In this document: positions 18,243-27,236 of the stretch, piece after piece | How positions within the stretch are numbered: position 1 is the first letter of the stretch | How the letters are laid out: every line of letters starts with the position of its first letter | Assembly (NCBI GenBank): GCA_963850905.1 | Contig: CAWKMU010000003.1 | Coordinates: 992,001 to 1,056,000, forward strand | DNA from: an uncultured Gemmatimonadales bacterium | GTDB lineage: Bacteria > Gemmatimonadota > Gemmatimonadetes > Gemmatimonadales > Gemmatimonadaceae | Reading direction: 5' to 3' | DNA length: 64,000 nucleotides | The notes under the pieces: generated by a model | Database searches by the model: none | What the model saw: only the letters and a program-made list of their open reading frames with translations | Told to the model about the DNA's origin: nothing | Made by a program: the position numbers and the translations under genes

Positions 18243-20096
18243 ATGATTCAGTACGCACGCCCGACACAAATCGGCGCGCTGCTCGCCGCGACACTCGCGG
18301 CCAGCGCGCCCGGTGCGGCGCAGGATCTTGGGGCCATGACCCAGAATCCCAGTCAATGGGTCATGACTGGTCGGACGTACGATCTCAATCGGTACAGTCC
18401 GCTGACCCAGATCACGACCGCCAACGTCACTCATCTGGTTCCGGCGTGGAGCTTCTCCGTCGGCACGCTGCGCGGACAGGAAGGGAATCCGCTGGTCATC
18501 GGCAGCGCGATGTACCTCTCGTCATCGTTCCCGAATAAGGTGTACGCGCTCGACCTCACGAAGGACGGCGCACCGCAGATCTGGCAGTACACGCCGAGTC
18601 AAAACGACTCCGCGATCGCCGTCGCGTGCTGCGACGTCGTCAATCGGGGACTCGCGTTCCATCCGCCGACCGCCGACCATCCGGCGGGGATCTTGTACAT
18701 CGAGTTGCTCCAAGGTGATCTGCTCGCGCTCGACGCGAAGACCGGGAAGAAGGTGTACCAGGTCAACAGCGCCAACTTCCGGAAGGGCGAGACGATGACC
18801 AACGCCCCTCTTGTAGTCCGCAACGTCGTCATCACCGGCATCTCCGGAGGTGAGTTCGGCGTGCGCGGGCGCGTAACGGCCTTCGACGCCCTGGACGGAC
18901 ATGAGCTGTGGCGCGCTTATAGCACGGGCCCTGACGCCGACGTCAAGATCGAGGGGGTCCCGAACGAGAACTATGAGTCAATGAAGGGGAAAGACCTCGG
19001 TGTCTCCACCTGGCAGGGTGACCAGTGGATGCGCGGCGGGGGCACCACGTGGGGATGGTACTCCTACGACCCTGAGCTCAATCTGTTCTACTACGGCTCG
19101 GGAAACCCAGGAACCTGGAATCCCGATCAACGACCCGGCGACAACAAGTGGTCGATGACGATCTGGGCTCGCAACCCGGAGACCGGCGTCGCGAAGTGGG
19201 CGTACCAAATGACGCCGCACGATGCGTGGGACTACGACGGGGTCAACGAGATGAACCTCGCGGAGCTCACCTTCAACGGCAAACCCACCAAGGTGCTCGT
19301 GCACTTCGATCGGAACGGGTTCGGCTACACGGTGGATCGGACGAACGGCAAGGTGCTCGTCGCGCAGCCATTCGGCCCGGTCAACTGGGCCAAGAGCATC
19401 GACTTGACCACCGGGCGCCCGGTCGAAGACGCGACCAAGCGGACGACGGCCAAGGGCAACACTGAAGGCATCTGCCCAGCCGCGATCGGGTTCAAGGACC
19501 AGCAACCGTCGGCGTACTCGCCGAAGACGAAACTCTTCTACGTCCCGACCAACAACATCTGCATGGACTACGAGGGCGTGGACGTGAAGTATCAGGCCGG
19601 CCAGGCGTACGTCGGCGCGATCGTGCGCATGTTCCCGGGCCCCGGCGGCAATCGCGGCGACTTCATTGCCTGGGACGCGACGACCGGCAAGAAGGTGTGG
19701 GACGACAAAGAGGGACTCGCTGCATACGGTGGTGCCCTCGCCACCGCCGGCGACCTCGTGTTCTACGGCACGATGGAAGGGTGGCTCAAAGCGGTGGACG
19801 CGCGAACGGGCAAGCAGTTGTGGAAGTTCAAGACCCCCTCCGGCATCATCGGCAACCCAATGACCTACGTCGGGCCTGATGGCAGGCAGTACGTCGCGGT
19901 GCTTTCAGGGATCGGCGGATGGGCGGGGATCGGCGTCGCTGCTGGTATCGGTGCCGAAGACCCGACCGCGGGACTCGGCGCCCTCGGTGCGTTTGGCGAC
20001 GCCGGCGGGTTCTCCACCCAGGGCGGCGTGCTCACCGTTTTCGCGCTGGATAACGCGGGCGCCGCGAGCCACGCCGCCGCGGCCAAGGGACGATAA
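18243..20096 (+). CDS. xoxF: Lanthanide-dependent PQQ methanol dehydrogenase XoxF
   Basis: Signal peptide, vicinal ACCDVVNRG, GGEFG, GSGNPG, RPGDNKW, and WDYDG (D-x-D lanthanide motif at 19230-19238); no mxaI-like gene follows. Confidence 0.93.
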   Translation: MIQYARPTQIGALLAATLAASAPGAAQDLGAMTQNPSQWVMTGRTYDLNRYSPLTQITTANVTHLVPAWSFSVGTLRGQEGNPLVIGSAMYLSSSFPNKVYALDLTKDGAPQIWQYTPSQNDSAIAVACCDVVNRGLAFHPPTADHPAGILYIELLQGDLLALDAKTGKKVYQVNSANFRKGETMTNAPLVVRNVVITGISGGEFGVRGRVTAFDALDGHELWRAYSTGPDADVKIEGVPNENYESMKGKDLGVSTWQGDQWMRGGGTTWGWYSYDPELNLFYYGSGNPGTWNPDQRPGDNKWSMTIWARNPETGVAKWAYQMTPHDAWDYDGVNEMNLAELTFNGKPTKVLVHFDRNGFGYTVDRTNGKVLVAQPFGPVNWAKSIDLTTGRPVEDATKRTTAKGNTEGICPAAIGFKDQQPSAYSPKTKLFYVPTNNICMDYEGVDVKYQAGQAYVGAIVRMFPGPGGNRGDFIAWDATTGKKVWDDKEGLAAYGGALATAGDLVFYGTMEGWLKAVDARTGKQLWKFKTPSGIIGNPMTYVGPDGRQYVAVLSGIGGWAGIGVAAGIGAEDPTAGLGALGAFGDAGGFSTQGGVLTVFALDNAGAASHAAAAKGR

Positions 20097-20104
20097 GCAG
20101 GTGG

Positions 20105-20130
20105 CCAGGGGTCGCTCCGGCGACCCCTGG
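20105..20130 (+). terminator. GC-rich hairpin after xoxF (terminator or mRNA-stabilising stem)
   Basis: CCAGGGGTCGC-TCCG-GCGACCCCTGG, 11-bp perfect stem, no U-tract. Confidence 0.5.
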
Positions 20131-20230
20131 GAGGAAGGTTGCAACAGGACGTCGAATCGGGTGCCGCCCGATGGCTTGAGCGGCACCCATTGCGTCACGG
20201 CTTTCGTGGGTCGGGGCAGGAACACGGAGG

Positions 20231-21097
20231 ATGAGGACACGCGTGTCGCACTCGCTCAACAGTCTCTGCTTTCGGTGTGCGGCGATTGTCGCGTCGCTGT
20301 GCGCGGCGTCTTCGCTGAGCGCGCAAGCGGACGCCCTCGGGTCGCCGCGGGCACCGCACGCGTTCCGCGTGTGCTCCGACCCCGACAACCTCCCGTTCTC
20401 GAACGAGCAGCAACAGGGGTTCGAGAACAAGATCGCCACGGTCCTGGCCAAAGACCTCGGCGACAGCCTGTCCTACGTATGGTGGCCGTCACGCCGCGGA
20501 TTCGTGCGGATGACCCTCGGCGCCTACCAATGCGACATCATCATCGGCACCCCCCAAGGCTATGACCTCGTCCTGCAGACCAGGCCTTACTACCGGACGG
20601 CGTACGTGGCATTGACGCGTCGCGACCGCCATCTCCGGATCGCATCGCTCAATGACTCGATACTCAAGTCGCTGACGATCGGCGTCAACACCATGGGAGA
20701 CAATTACGAGAACACGCCCCCGGCGCACGCGCTCGGCGCACGTGGGATCAACCAGCATATCGTCGGCTTCCCAACCTTCTACAACGCCGAGCAACGGCCG
20801 GGCGACATCGTGGAGGCCGTGGTCAAGGGGACGATCAATGTGGCGCTCGTGTGGGGTCCGGTTGCGGGCTACTTCGCGAAGCAATCCAGTGTCCCGCTCG
20901 ATATCGCCATCCTGCCGGACACAGATCGAGTAACCGGTTTCCCCTTCTCGAGCGCGATGGCAATCGGCGTCCGGCGTGCCGATCCAGGGCTGCGCGACAC
21001 GCTGAATGCCGCGCTCGACCGGCGGCGCGCGGATATCGACGCCATCCTGCACGATTTCGGTGTCCCGCTGCTGCCGCTGACGAACACGTCCCAGTGA
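20231..21097 (+). CDS. xoxJ: XoxJ/MxaJ-family periplasmic binding protein
   Basis: RVCSDPDNLPFSN, GFENKIA, TRPYYR, WGPVAGY; directly after xoxF. Confidence 0.9.
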   Translation: MRTRVSHSLNSLCFRCAAIVASLCAASSLSAQADALGSPRAPHAFRVCSDPDNLPFSNEQQQGFENKIATVLAKDLGDSLSYVWWPSRRGFVRMTLGAYQCDIIIGTPQGYDLVLQTRPYYRTAYVALTRRDRHLRIASLNDSILKSLTIGVNTMGDNYENTPPAHALGARGINQHIVGFPTFYNAEQRPGDIVEAVVKGTINVALVWGPVAGYFAKQSSVPLDIAILPDTDRVTGFPFSSAMAIGVRRADPGLRDTLNAALDRRRADIDAILHDFGVPLLPLTNTSQ

Positions 21098-21630
21098 CAC
21101 AACAACCGGCCAGGAATCGGCTCGGCGCCATCGGCATCGCCGTGCTCGCTGCCGTTACGGTGTCGGCCGCGAGTGCTCCCGGGAGCCTCGTGATCGATCG
21201 ACAATGTAGCGGCGACGCATGCGTCGCCGTTCGGGCAGACAGCATCGACCACCACGCGGTGAATGCGGTCGTGTACAATGGATGGAAGATGTTCGAGGTC
21301 TATTGCGCCCGTTGCCATGGAGAGGACGCAGTCGGGAGCAGCTTTGCGCCCGCCCTCATCAAGTCCGTAGGTCCGGACGGGCTGATTAATCATCGTGCTT
21401 TCTTCGAGACCGTGACTCATGGCCGTCCGGCCAAGGGCATGCCGACGTGGGGGAACCTGCTGTCGCCCGAGCAGAAGGAGGATGTCTGGAATTACCTGCG
21501 TGCGCGCGCTCTTGCCGGACTCGCGCCGGGCCGACCGCACATCAAGCCCGGCGCCAACCGTGACTCGACCGTGCTGCCTGCGGCCGTCGGGCAGGACACC
21601 ACCTGGCCGGGCCCGCCCGCCAATTCGTAG
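21094..21630 (+). CDS. xoxG: c-type cytochrome, XoxG-like electron acceptor
   Basis: Signal peptide, CARCH heme motif, KGMPTW; GTGA overlap with xoxJ. Confidence 0.8.
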   Translation: MTQQPARNRLGAIGIAVLAAVTVSAASAPGSLVIDRQCSGDACVAVRADSIDHHAVNAVVYNGWKMFEVYCARCHGEDAVGSSFAPALIKSVGPDGLINHRAFFETVTHGRPAKGMPTWGNLLSPEQKEDVWNYLRARALAGLAPGRPHIKPGANRDSTVLPAAVGQDTTWPGPPANS

Positions 21631-21640
21631 ACTACCTGAC

Positions 21641-22705
21641 ATGACCCGATCGCTCTCGCGCCTTCCAATCCACTCTCGTTTCTCCTCACCCCTCACTTCT
21701 CTCTCGATCGCATTAGCGATCGCGGCGTGTACGGGAGAGTCGTCACGCAGCGCGGCGACCTCGCAGACGACAGAATCGACCAGCGTCGCTAGCGCCCAGT
21801 CGCCGACGCAACACGTGACGCTGTTGGTGAGCAACGAAGGCGCCAACACGATTTCCGTCGTCGACGGGGCGACGGATTCGGTCGTCCAGACGATTCCGGT
21901 CGGGAATCGTCCGCGAGGCATCGCGCTGAGCCCGGACAGGAAGACGCTGTACGTCGCCTTGGGGCGCGACAATGCGGTGGGGGTCATCGACGTCACTACA
22001 CGCCGCGAAACCGATAAAATCCCGGCGGGTGGTGACCCTGAGCAAGTGGCGGTGTCGCCGGATGGGAAGACCTTCTACGTGTCCAACGAGGACCCGGGCA
22101 AAGCGACGGCCGTTGACATCGCGACCAAGAGGGAAGTTTTCAGCGTACCCGTCGGGAAGGAGCCCGAAGGGGTGCTCGTGACGCCGGACGGACAGTACGT
22201 CTACGTCACCAACGAGACCTCGAGCAACGTCGTCGTCCTCGACGCCCACACCGGAAGGCAGCAGACGGTCTTCCCCGTCGGCGCGCGCCCACGCTTCGTC
22301 GCATTTTCCTCGGACGGCGCGTGGGCGGTCGTGACGTCGGAGTCCGGTGGATCGGTCACGGTCGTCGATCTCCCCCGGAACGTACCGCTCAAGACCGTCC
22401 CAGTCGGCGATAGCACCCGGCCGACTGGCGTCGCGATTTCGCCCGATAGCCGGACGGTCTATTTCGCCAATGGCCGCGCCAACCGGGTGTCGGTCTTCAG
22501 TCTACCAGCCATGGCCGTCACCGACACGATTCCGGTCGGCCAGCGCCCGTGGGGAGTTGCGCTCACGGCTGATGGCAACACGCTCTATACGGCAGATGGC
22601 AAATCCAATCAGATCAGCGTAGTCGACGTCCTGCACAAGAAGGTGGTGCGGACGATCCCCGTCGGCGAAAGGCCGTATGGGGTGGTCATTGTGAAGGGCC
22701 CTTGA
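21641..22705 (+). CDS. YVTN-type beta-propeller lipoprotein (PQQ-catabolism-associated type)
   Basis: Lipobox IAAC; about 7 repeats of IPVG..P.G.A.SPDG..YV.N. Confidence 0.85.
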   Translation: MTRSLSRLPIHSRFSSPLTSLSIALAIAACTGESSRSAATSQTTESTSVASAQSPTQHVTLLVSNEGANTISVVDGATDSVVQTIPVGNRPRGIALSPDRKTLYVALGRDNAVGVIDVTTRRETDKIPAGGDPEQVAVSPDGKTFYVSNEDPGKATAVDIATKREVFSVPVGKEPEGVLVTPDGQYVYVTNETSSNVVVLDAHTGRQQTVFPVGARPRFVAFSSDGAWAVVTSESGGSVTVVDLPRNVPLKTVPVGDSTRPTGVAISPDSRTVYFANGRANRVSVFSLPAMAVTDTIPVGQRPWGVALTADGNTLYTADGKSNQISVVDVLHKKVVRTIPVGERPYGVVIVKGP

Positions 22706-22757
22706 CGGCGGGATCAGGGTCCGGGGACAACATATACGTACGTCCCCGGCATAGGGT

Positions 22758-22899
22758 GGGCGGGCTGAAGCCCGCCCCTACATGTCGGCATGAACGGTGA
22801 AACTCTGGGGTGCCCTACCGGCGCCTGACATCGACCGTCGACGAATCCGCAGGTGACGCCGTCCGCAGCAACATGTAGGGGCGGGCTTTAGCCCGCCCG
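22758..22899. repeat. REPIN-like doublet, copy 3
   Basis: GGGCGGGCTGAAGCCCGCCCCTAC...GTAGGGGCGGGCTTTAGCCCGCCC. Confidence 0.85.
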
Positions 22900-22991
22900 C
22901 TGTGTGGTTGTCGTTCCTGGGACCTGGTCCCTCGCACCTGACGCCTTGTTCTGCGTGCCCCGCGCGGGGCCCTATTCGTCCCCAGAGTACC

Positions 22992-24080
22992 TTGCCTACC
23001 GCGCCAGCCCCCGATCTCGCCTCACCCCAATCGCTGCTTCCGCTGCTCGTCGTCGACGACGACGAGGACATTCGTCGGACGTTCGCACAGATCCTCGGTC
23101 GCGCGGGGCATACCGTCGATACCGCCGCGTCCGGGGAGGCAGCGATCGAGGCCCTCGGTCGCGAGCAGTTCGCCGCTGTACTCTGTGACGTGCGGATGCC
23201 GGGCATCGACGGGCTCACCGTATTGCGGCACGCGCGCGCTCTCGATCCCCAGGTCATGCTCATCGTGATCTCGGCGGTCGACGACGCGGCGACTGCCCTC
23301 GCAGCGCTCCGGGCGGGCGCCGCCGAGTACCTCACCAAGCCGATCGACCGGGCTGCCCTCGAGTCGACAGTCGCTCGAGCCCTGGCCGAGCGGGAAACCA
23401 CGCAACGCCGCACCACCGCCGCGATCCAGGAAGCCGTCACGACGCGAACCGCTGCGCTCGAGCGCGAGAAGGCGTCGCTGCACCAGCGCAATGTCGGCAT
23501 GGCGGAAGCCCTGGTCCGCGCCATGGAAGCACGCGATCCGTACCTCAAAGGGCACTCCCAGCGAATGGCTTCGGTCGCCGCCGACATCGCCCGCGCCCTC
23601 GGCCTCGATGCCGACATGGTCGACGCCGTGAGCCTGGCGGCTCGATTGGCGGACGTCGGGAAAATCGGCACGCGCGAGAGCGTCCTCCACAAGCCGGGAC
23701 CACTCACGCCCGACGAGTACGATCATGTCCAGGATCACGTGCGGATCGGCCTCGAGATCCTGAGTCCACTGGACCACCTTGGTCCCGTCCTGGACTATGT
23801 GCGCGATCACCACGAGCACTTCGACGGCAGCGGGTACCCGCGTGCGGTTGAGCGGGAGGCCATCTCGATCGGAGGCCGCATCCTGACAGCGGCGGACGCC
23901 TTCGTCGCCCTGACGTCTCGTCGATCCTACCGTGAGCCGTTGAGCCCACCGGACGCGTTGCGCCACCTGCGGAACTACGTGGGCCGACTCCTCGATCCCA
24001 CCGTGTTTGCCGCGTTGGTCCAGGTGATGGGGCGGAAGAGCGACGGGACGAAGCGACGGGGAAAGGCCGTTACGTCGTAG
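22992..24080 (+). CDS. Response regulator with HD-GYP output domain (RpfG-like; HD motif degenerate)
   Basis: VVDDD, CDVRMP and KP receiver motifs; HHEHFDGSGYP; LADVGK in place of LHDxGK; start uncertain. Confidence 0.85.
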   Translation: MPTAPAPDLASPQSLLPLLVVDDDEDIRRTFAQILGRAGHTVDTAASGEAAIEALGREQFAAVLCDVRMPGIDGLTVLRHARALDPQVMLIVISAVDDAATALAALRAGAAEYLTKPIDRAALESTVARALAERETTQRRTTAAIQEAVTTRTAALEREKASLHQRNVGMAEALVRAMEARDPYLKGHSQRMASVAADIARALGLDADMVDAVSLAARLADVGKIGTRESVLHKPGPLTPDEYDHVQDHVRIGLEILSPLDHLGPVLDYVRDHHEHFDGSGYPRAVEREAISIGGRILTAADAFVALTSRRSYREPLSPPDALRHLRNYVGRLLDPTVFAALVQVMGRKSDGTKRRGKAVTS

Positions 24081-25074
24081 CCTCGATACGTGCACCGTCC
24101 GCGCTGAAACCCGCATCGAAGAGGATGGCGGACGGGAAACGACTGGCGAGTCGGCGCACGAGCGCGGCGCTGGTGTCGGGATCGGGCACAATCGCGTAGA
24201 CGGCCGGGCCCCACGAGCTCTGTCCGACGCCGGGCGCACCCCAGGCGGCGAGGCATTCGACAATCGCCGTGCTCGCGCCGCCCGCGTAGGCGCCACCCTG
24301 TGCGGCACTGAACCACCGCCCGTTGATGGATTGAATCTCAGTCAATGCCTCGCCAAACCCAACGAGGTCCCCGTCAGCGAGCGCCGGCAGGAGTGCCATG
24401 AGCACCAGGTGTGCGACACGTTCCGCCTCGTGCACCGGTGGCATTGGAAGTCCGGCGAACGCCGCCGCTTCGGCGGCCCCGCTGAGGCCTGGCTCACCGG
24501 GCGGCAACGCCAGCACACACCGCCACGGCTCGGGAATCGCCAGGCGGGCGAGGAGTGGTGCCGGTCGGTCGACACCAGGCTGGCGCCCGCCTTCGACAAT
24601 GAAGCCGCCATGCTCGAAGACGTAGGTCCCAATTGCGGACCGCCGGGCTCGCCCAAGGACCACGGCGAGCCCGCGGGCGTCGCATGGCAGGCCATACAAG
24701 TGGGCCACCGCCCGTGCCGCGGCGAGCGCGACTTGCGTCCCGGACCCGAGACCGCGGTGGGCGGGGAGTACCTGGTGCAGCCTGATGTGTGCGCGCTCCG
24801 TGATCCGGTAGTGTCGGAGCACGCGTTCGACGGCGTGCGCCGCCACGCCACGGGCCTCGTCGACGGTGCTTGCCGCATCGATCTGCCCCGCGTCTGCAAC
24901 CACGACGATATCATGCGCGCCGGATGCGGTCAGTCGCACCGTGGGCGGCTGCACTCCCACGCCGATCCCACCGTAGTGACGGCCGAGCGATCCACCGAGA
25001 TCGAGCATGCCGAGGTGCACACGTGCCGGCGCGTCGATCGTGACGCTCGCGTGGACCGTGTCGCGTTCTGTCAT
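24070..25074 (-). CDS. mptG: Beta-ribofuranosylaminobenzene 5'-phosphate synthase (GHMP family)
   Basis: PARVHLG, PAHRGLGSGTQ, RSAIG, GGFIVEGG, GQSSWGP. Confidence 0.9.
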   Translation of the reverse strand: MTERDTVHASVTIDAPARVHLGMLDLGGSLGRHYGGIGVGVQPPTVRLTASGAHDIVVVADAGQIDAASTVDEARGVAAHAVERVLRHYRITERAHIRLHQVLPAHRGLGSGTQVALAAARAVAHLYGLPCDARGLAVVLGRARRSAIGTYVFEHGGFIVEGGRQPGVDRPAPLLARLAIPEPWRCVLALPPGEPGLSGAAEAAAFAGLPMPPVHEAERVAHLVLMALLPALADGDLVGFGEALTEIQSINGRWFSAAQGGAYAGGASTAIVECLAAWGAPGVGQSSWGPAVYAIVPDPDTSAALVRRLASRFPSAILFDAGFSADGARIEATT

Positions 25075-25631
25075 GCAGGACCAACTGGTGAGGTCCGCAC
25101 GTACTCGGTCAGGAGCGCCATCGCCTCGCGCTCGCGAGCTCCGGCGGTCTTGTCGACGATGGTCTGCAGTCGAGCAAACGCGGCGTCGATCTCGGACCGC
25201 GGGATGAGGTGCAACCGTGTGGCCAGGATCGCCGCCTCGAGAATCGCATTGCGGGCGCGATTGAACCCGATGAACTCCCGCCGCGCGCCTTGGTGGACGA
25301 CCGTCGTCTCGATCCGAGAGCGTGGCGGCGTTGCATCGATCGATCGTACTTCGAGCTCGCGCCAGGAGCATGCCGCGTCCAGCACTACTCCCCGAACGAC
25401 GCTGGCCGGGAACGACGCATATTGCGGGTTGGAGATGGCGGCCTGCGCGAACAGCAACACGTCGTCCGTGAGATTGACCACGGCCACCCCGGTGGCGCGC
25501 ACATTGCGAAATGTTGTCGTCTCGAGGAACGGCTTGATGACGATGCGCTCCTCGCCCCACTCGACCCCCATCGGCGCGAAGTTGATCGAGCCCTCCGGGT
25601 CCATCGTGGTGATGATCGATTCGATGATCAT
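25071..25631 (-). CDS. DUF447-family protein (H4MPT-cluster Orf19-like)
   Basis: MIIESIITT...NFAPMG, GFNRARNAILEAAILATR. Confidence 0.8.
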   Translation of the reverse strand: MIIESIITTMDPEGSINFAPMGVEWGEERIVIKPFLETTTFRNVRATGVAVVNLTDDVLLFAQAAISNPQYASFPASVVRGVVLDAACSWRELEVRSIDATPPRSRIETTVVHQGARREFIGFNRARNAILEAAILATRLHLIPRSEIDAAFARLQTIVDKTAGAREREAMALLTEYVRTSPVGPA

Positions 25632-26525
25632 GCGATGAGACATCCGTCGGCCACTTCGTCCGCCACCAGTTGTCGGAACGCCTTCTGAACGCGAATGGTG
25701 AGCGGCCCGATGGCTCCGTCGCCGATCGCCGTCTCATCGACCGCCGTCACAGGGGCAATCTCACGAAGGGAGCTCGTGAGAAACATCTCGTCGGCGTCGG
25801 CCATTGCGACAGGCGACACCGGGGATTCGTCCACGCCGATCGCGAGCCTCGCGAGAATGTCGAGCACCGTCGCTCGCGTAATGCCGAGCAAGACACCACA
25901 TCGAGCGGGTGGGGTATGAACGACCCCGCGCGTCACCAGGAAGATGTTGCTCGAGCTGCCTTCGGAGAGGTGCCCGGCGGTGTCGAGGAGCAACGCGTCA
26001 TCGGCGCCTCGGGCGCGGGCGGCTGATAGCGCGACCACGGCATCTGTGTAGGCCAGGGTCTTGAGTCCCGCCGTCGGCGAGTATTCGTTCCGACGTCCGT
26101 CGGCGATGCGTACGCGCAATCCCTGCTGCGCCGTCGGGAGCGGCCCAAGTCGATCGACCAGCAGCACCGTGGTCGGGTGCGCGTCTCCGCGAGGTGCGAC
26201 GCCGGCACCGGGACCTCGCGTCACGGTCAGTCGCACGGACCGATCCGCTCGTGCCCTGCGGAGCTCGCGCACGGCGTCCGAGAGCGCCGCATCCGAGATG
26301 TGCGGGAATCGGGAGGCCGAGCCGCTCTGCCGTCGACGCCAGTCGGGCGAGATGTGCATCGAGGCGGAAGATGGTGCCTGAGTATGCCCGCATCGTCTCG
26401 AAGCATCCGTCGGCGAGTGTAAAACCACGATCCATGACGGATATCGCCGGAGTTTGTGGGTCGACCGGCAGGCCGTTGACCCAGCAGAGCGGCGGGAGGT
26501 CAGCCGGTTGGTCGGTGCGTGGCAT
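25628..26525 (-). pseudogene. Class IV aminotransferase / aminodeoxychorismate lyase, frameshifted near 26293 (or sequencing error)
   Basis: DRGFTLADGCFET..HLARL in one frame; RLTVTRG, GLKT, EGSSSNIF, LLGITR in another; deleting one base joins them. Confidence 0.75.
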
Positions 26526-26531
26526 GAACCC

Positions 26532-27236
26532 TCAGCGCACGATGGTGACGGGCGGCGGCACCGTGTCGAGTCCAGGGTCGTCACCGCGGCCGGCGCGGGC
26601 TGTCCCCGCGGCCGACCGCCGACCGTCAGCCCGATCCGGGAGCGTTGCGCGGCGTGGGTCCTGTTGCCCGAGCCAACCGTGCAGGAACGTGTCGAGCATG
26701 GCGTAGCCGTACTCCGTGAGGGCGGACTCGGGATGAAACTGCACGCCTGTGACCGGATGCGTGCGGTGCTCGACCGCCATGATTTCTCCGTCATCGCTCG
26801 TCGCAGTGATGCGGAGGCTGTCGGGGATGGTCGAGCGATCGATGACCAGCGAGTGATAGCGTGTCGTGTGCAGCGGCGAGGGCAGGCCGGAGAAAATGCT
26901 CGTGCCGTCATGCGTGACGCGCGACACCTTGCCGTGCATCGGGTGTCCGGCGCGGACGATGCGACCGCCGTAGGCCGCGCCAATGCATTGATGCCCAAGG
27001 CACACACCCAGAAGCGGTACCGTCGCCCCGAATCGTTGTACCACCGATGTCGAAATGCCGGCTTCCGCCGGCGTGCATGGACCGGGCGACAGGATGATGT
27101 GCGTCGGGTGCAGGGCCGCGATCTCGTCCAGGGTCATTGCGTCATGCCGGCGCACGACCGCGTCTTCCCCCAACTCGCGGACGTATCGTGCGAGGTTGAA
27201 GACGAACGAGTCGTAGTTATCGATGAGCAGGATCAT
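26532..27236 (-). CDS. pabA: Aminodeoxychorismate synthase glutamine amidotransferase subunit
   Basis: IDNYDSF, SPGPCTP, GVCLGHQ, RYHSL, QFHPES. Confidence 0.85.
   Translation of the reverse strand: MILLIDNYDSFVFNLARYVRELGEDAVVRRHDAMTLDEIAALHPTHIILSPGPCTPAEAGISTSVVQRFGATVPLLGVCLGHQCIGAAYGGRIVRAGHPMHGKVSRVTHDGTSIFSGLPSPLHTTRYHSLVIDRSTIPDSLRITATSDDGEIMAVEHRTHPVTGVQFHPESALTEYGYAMLDTFLHGWLGQQDPRRATLPDRADGRRSAAGTARAGRGDDPGLDTVPPPVTIVR

Noticed and set aside
18243..20096. Calcium-dependent MxaF
   Set aside because: The active site reads DYD (extra Asp), and no mxaI or mxaACKL genes are present.
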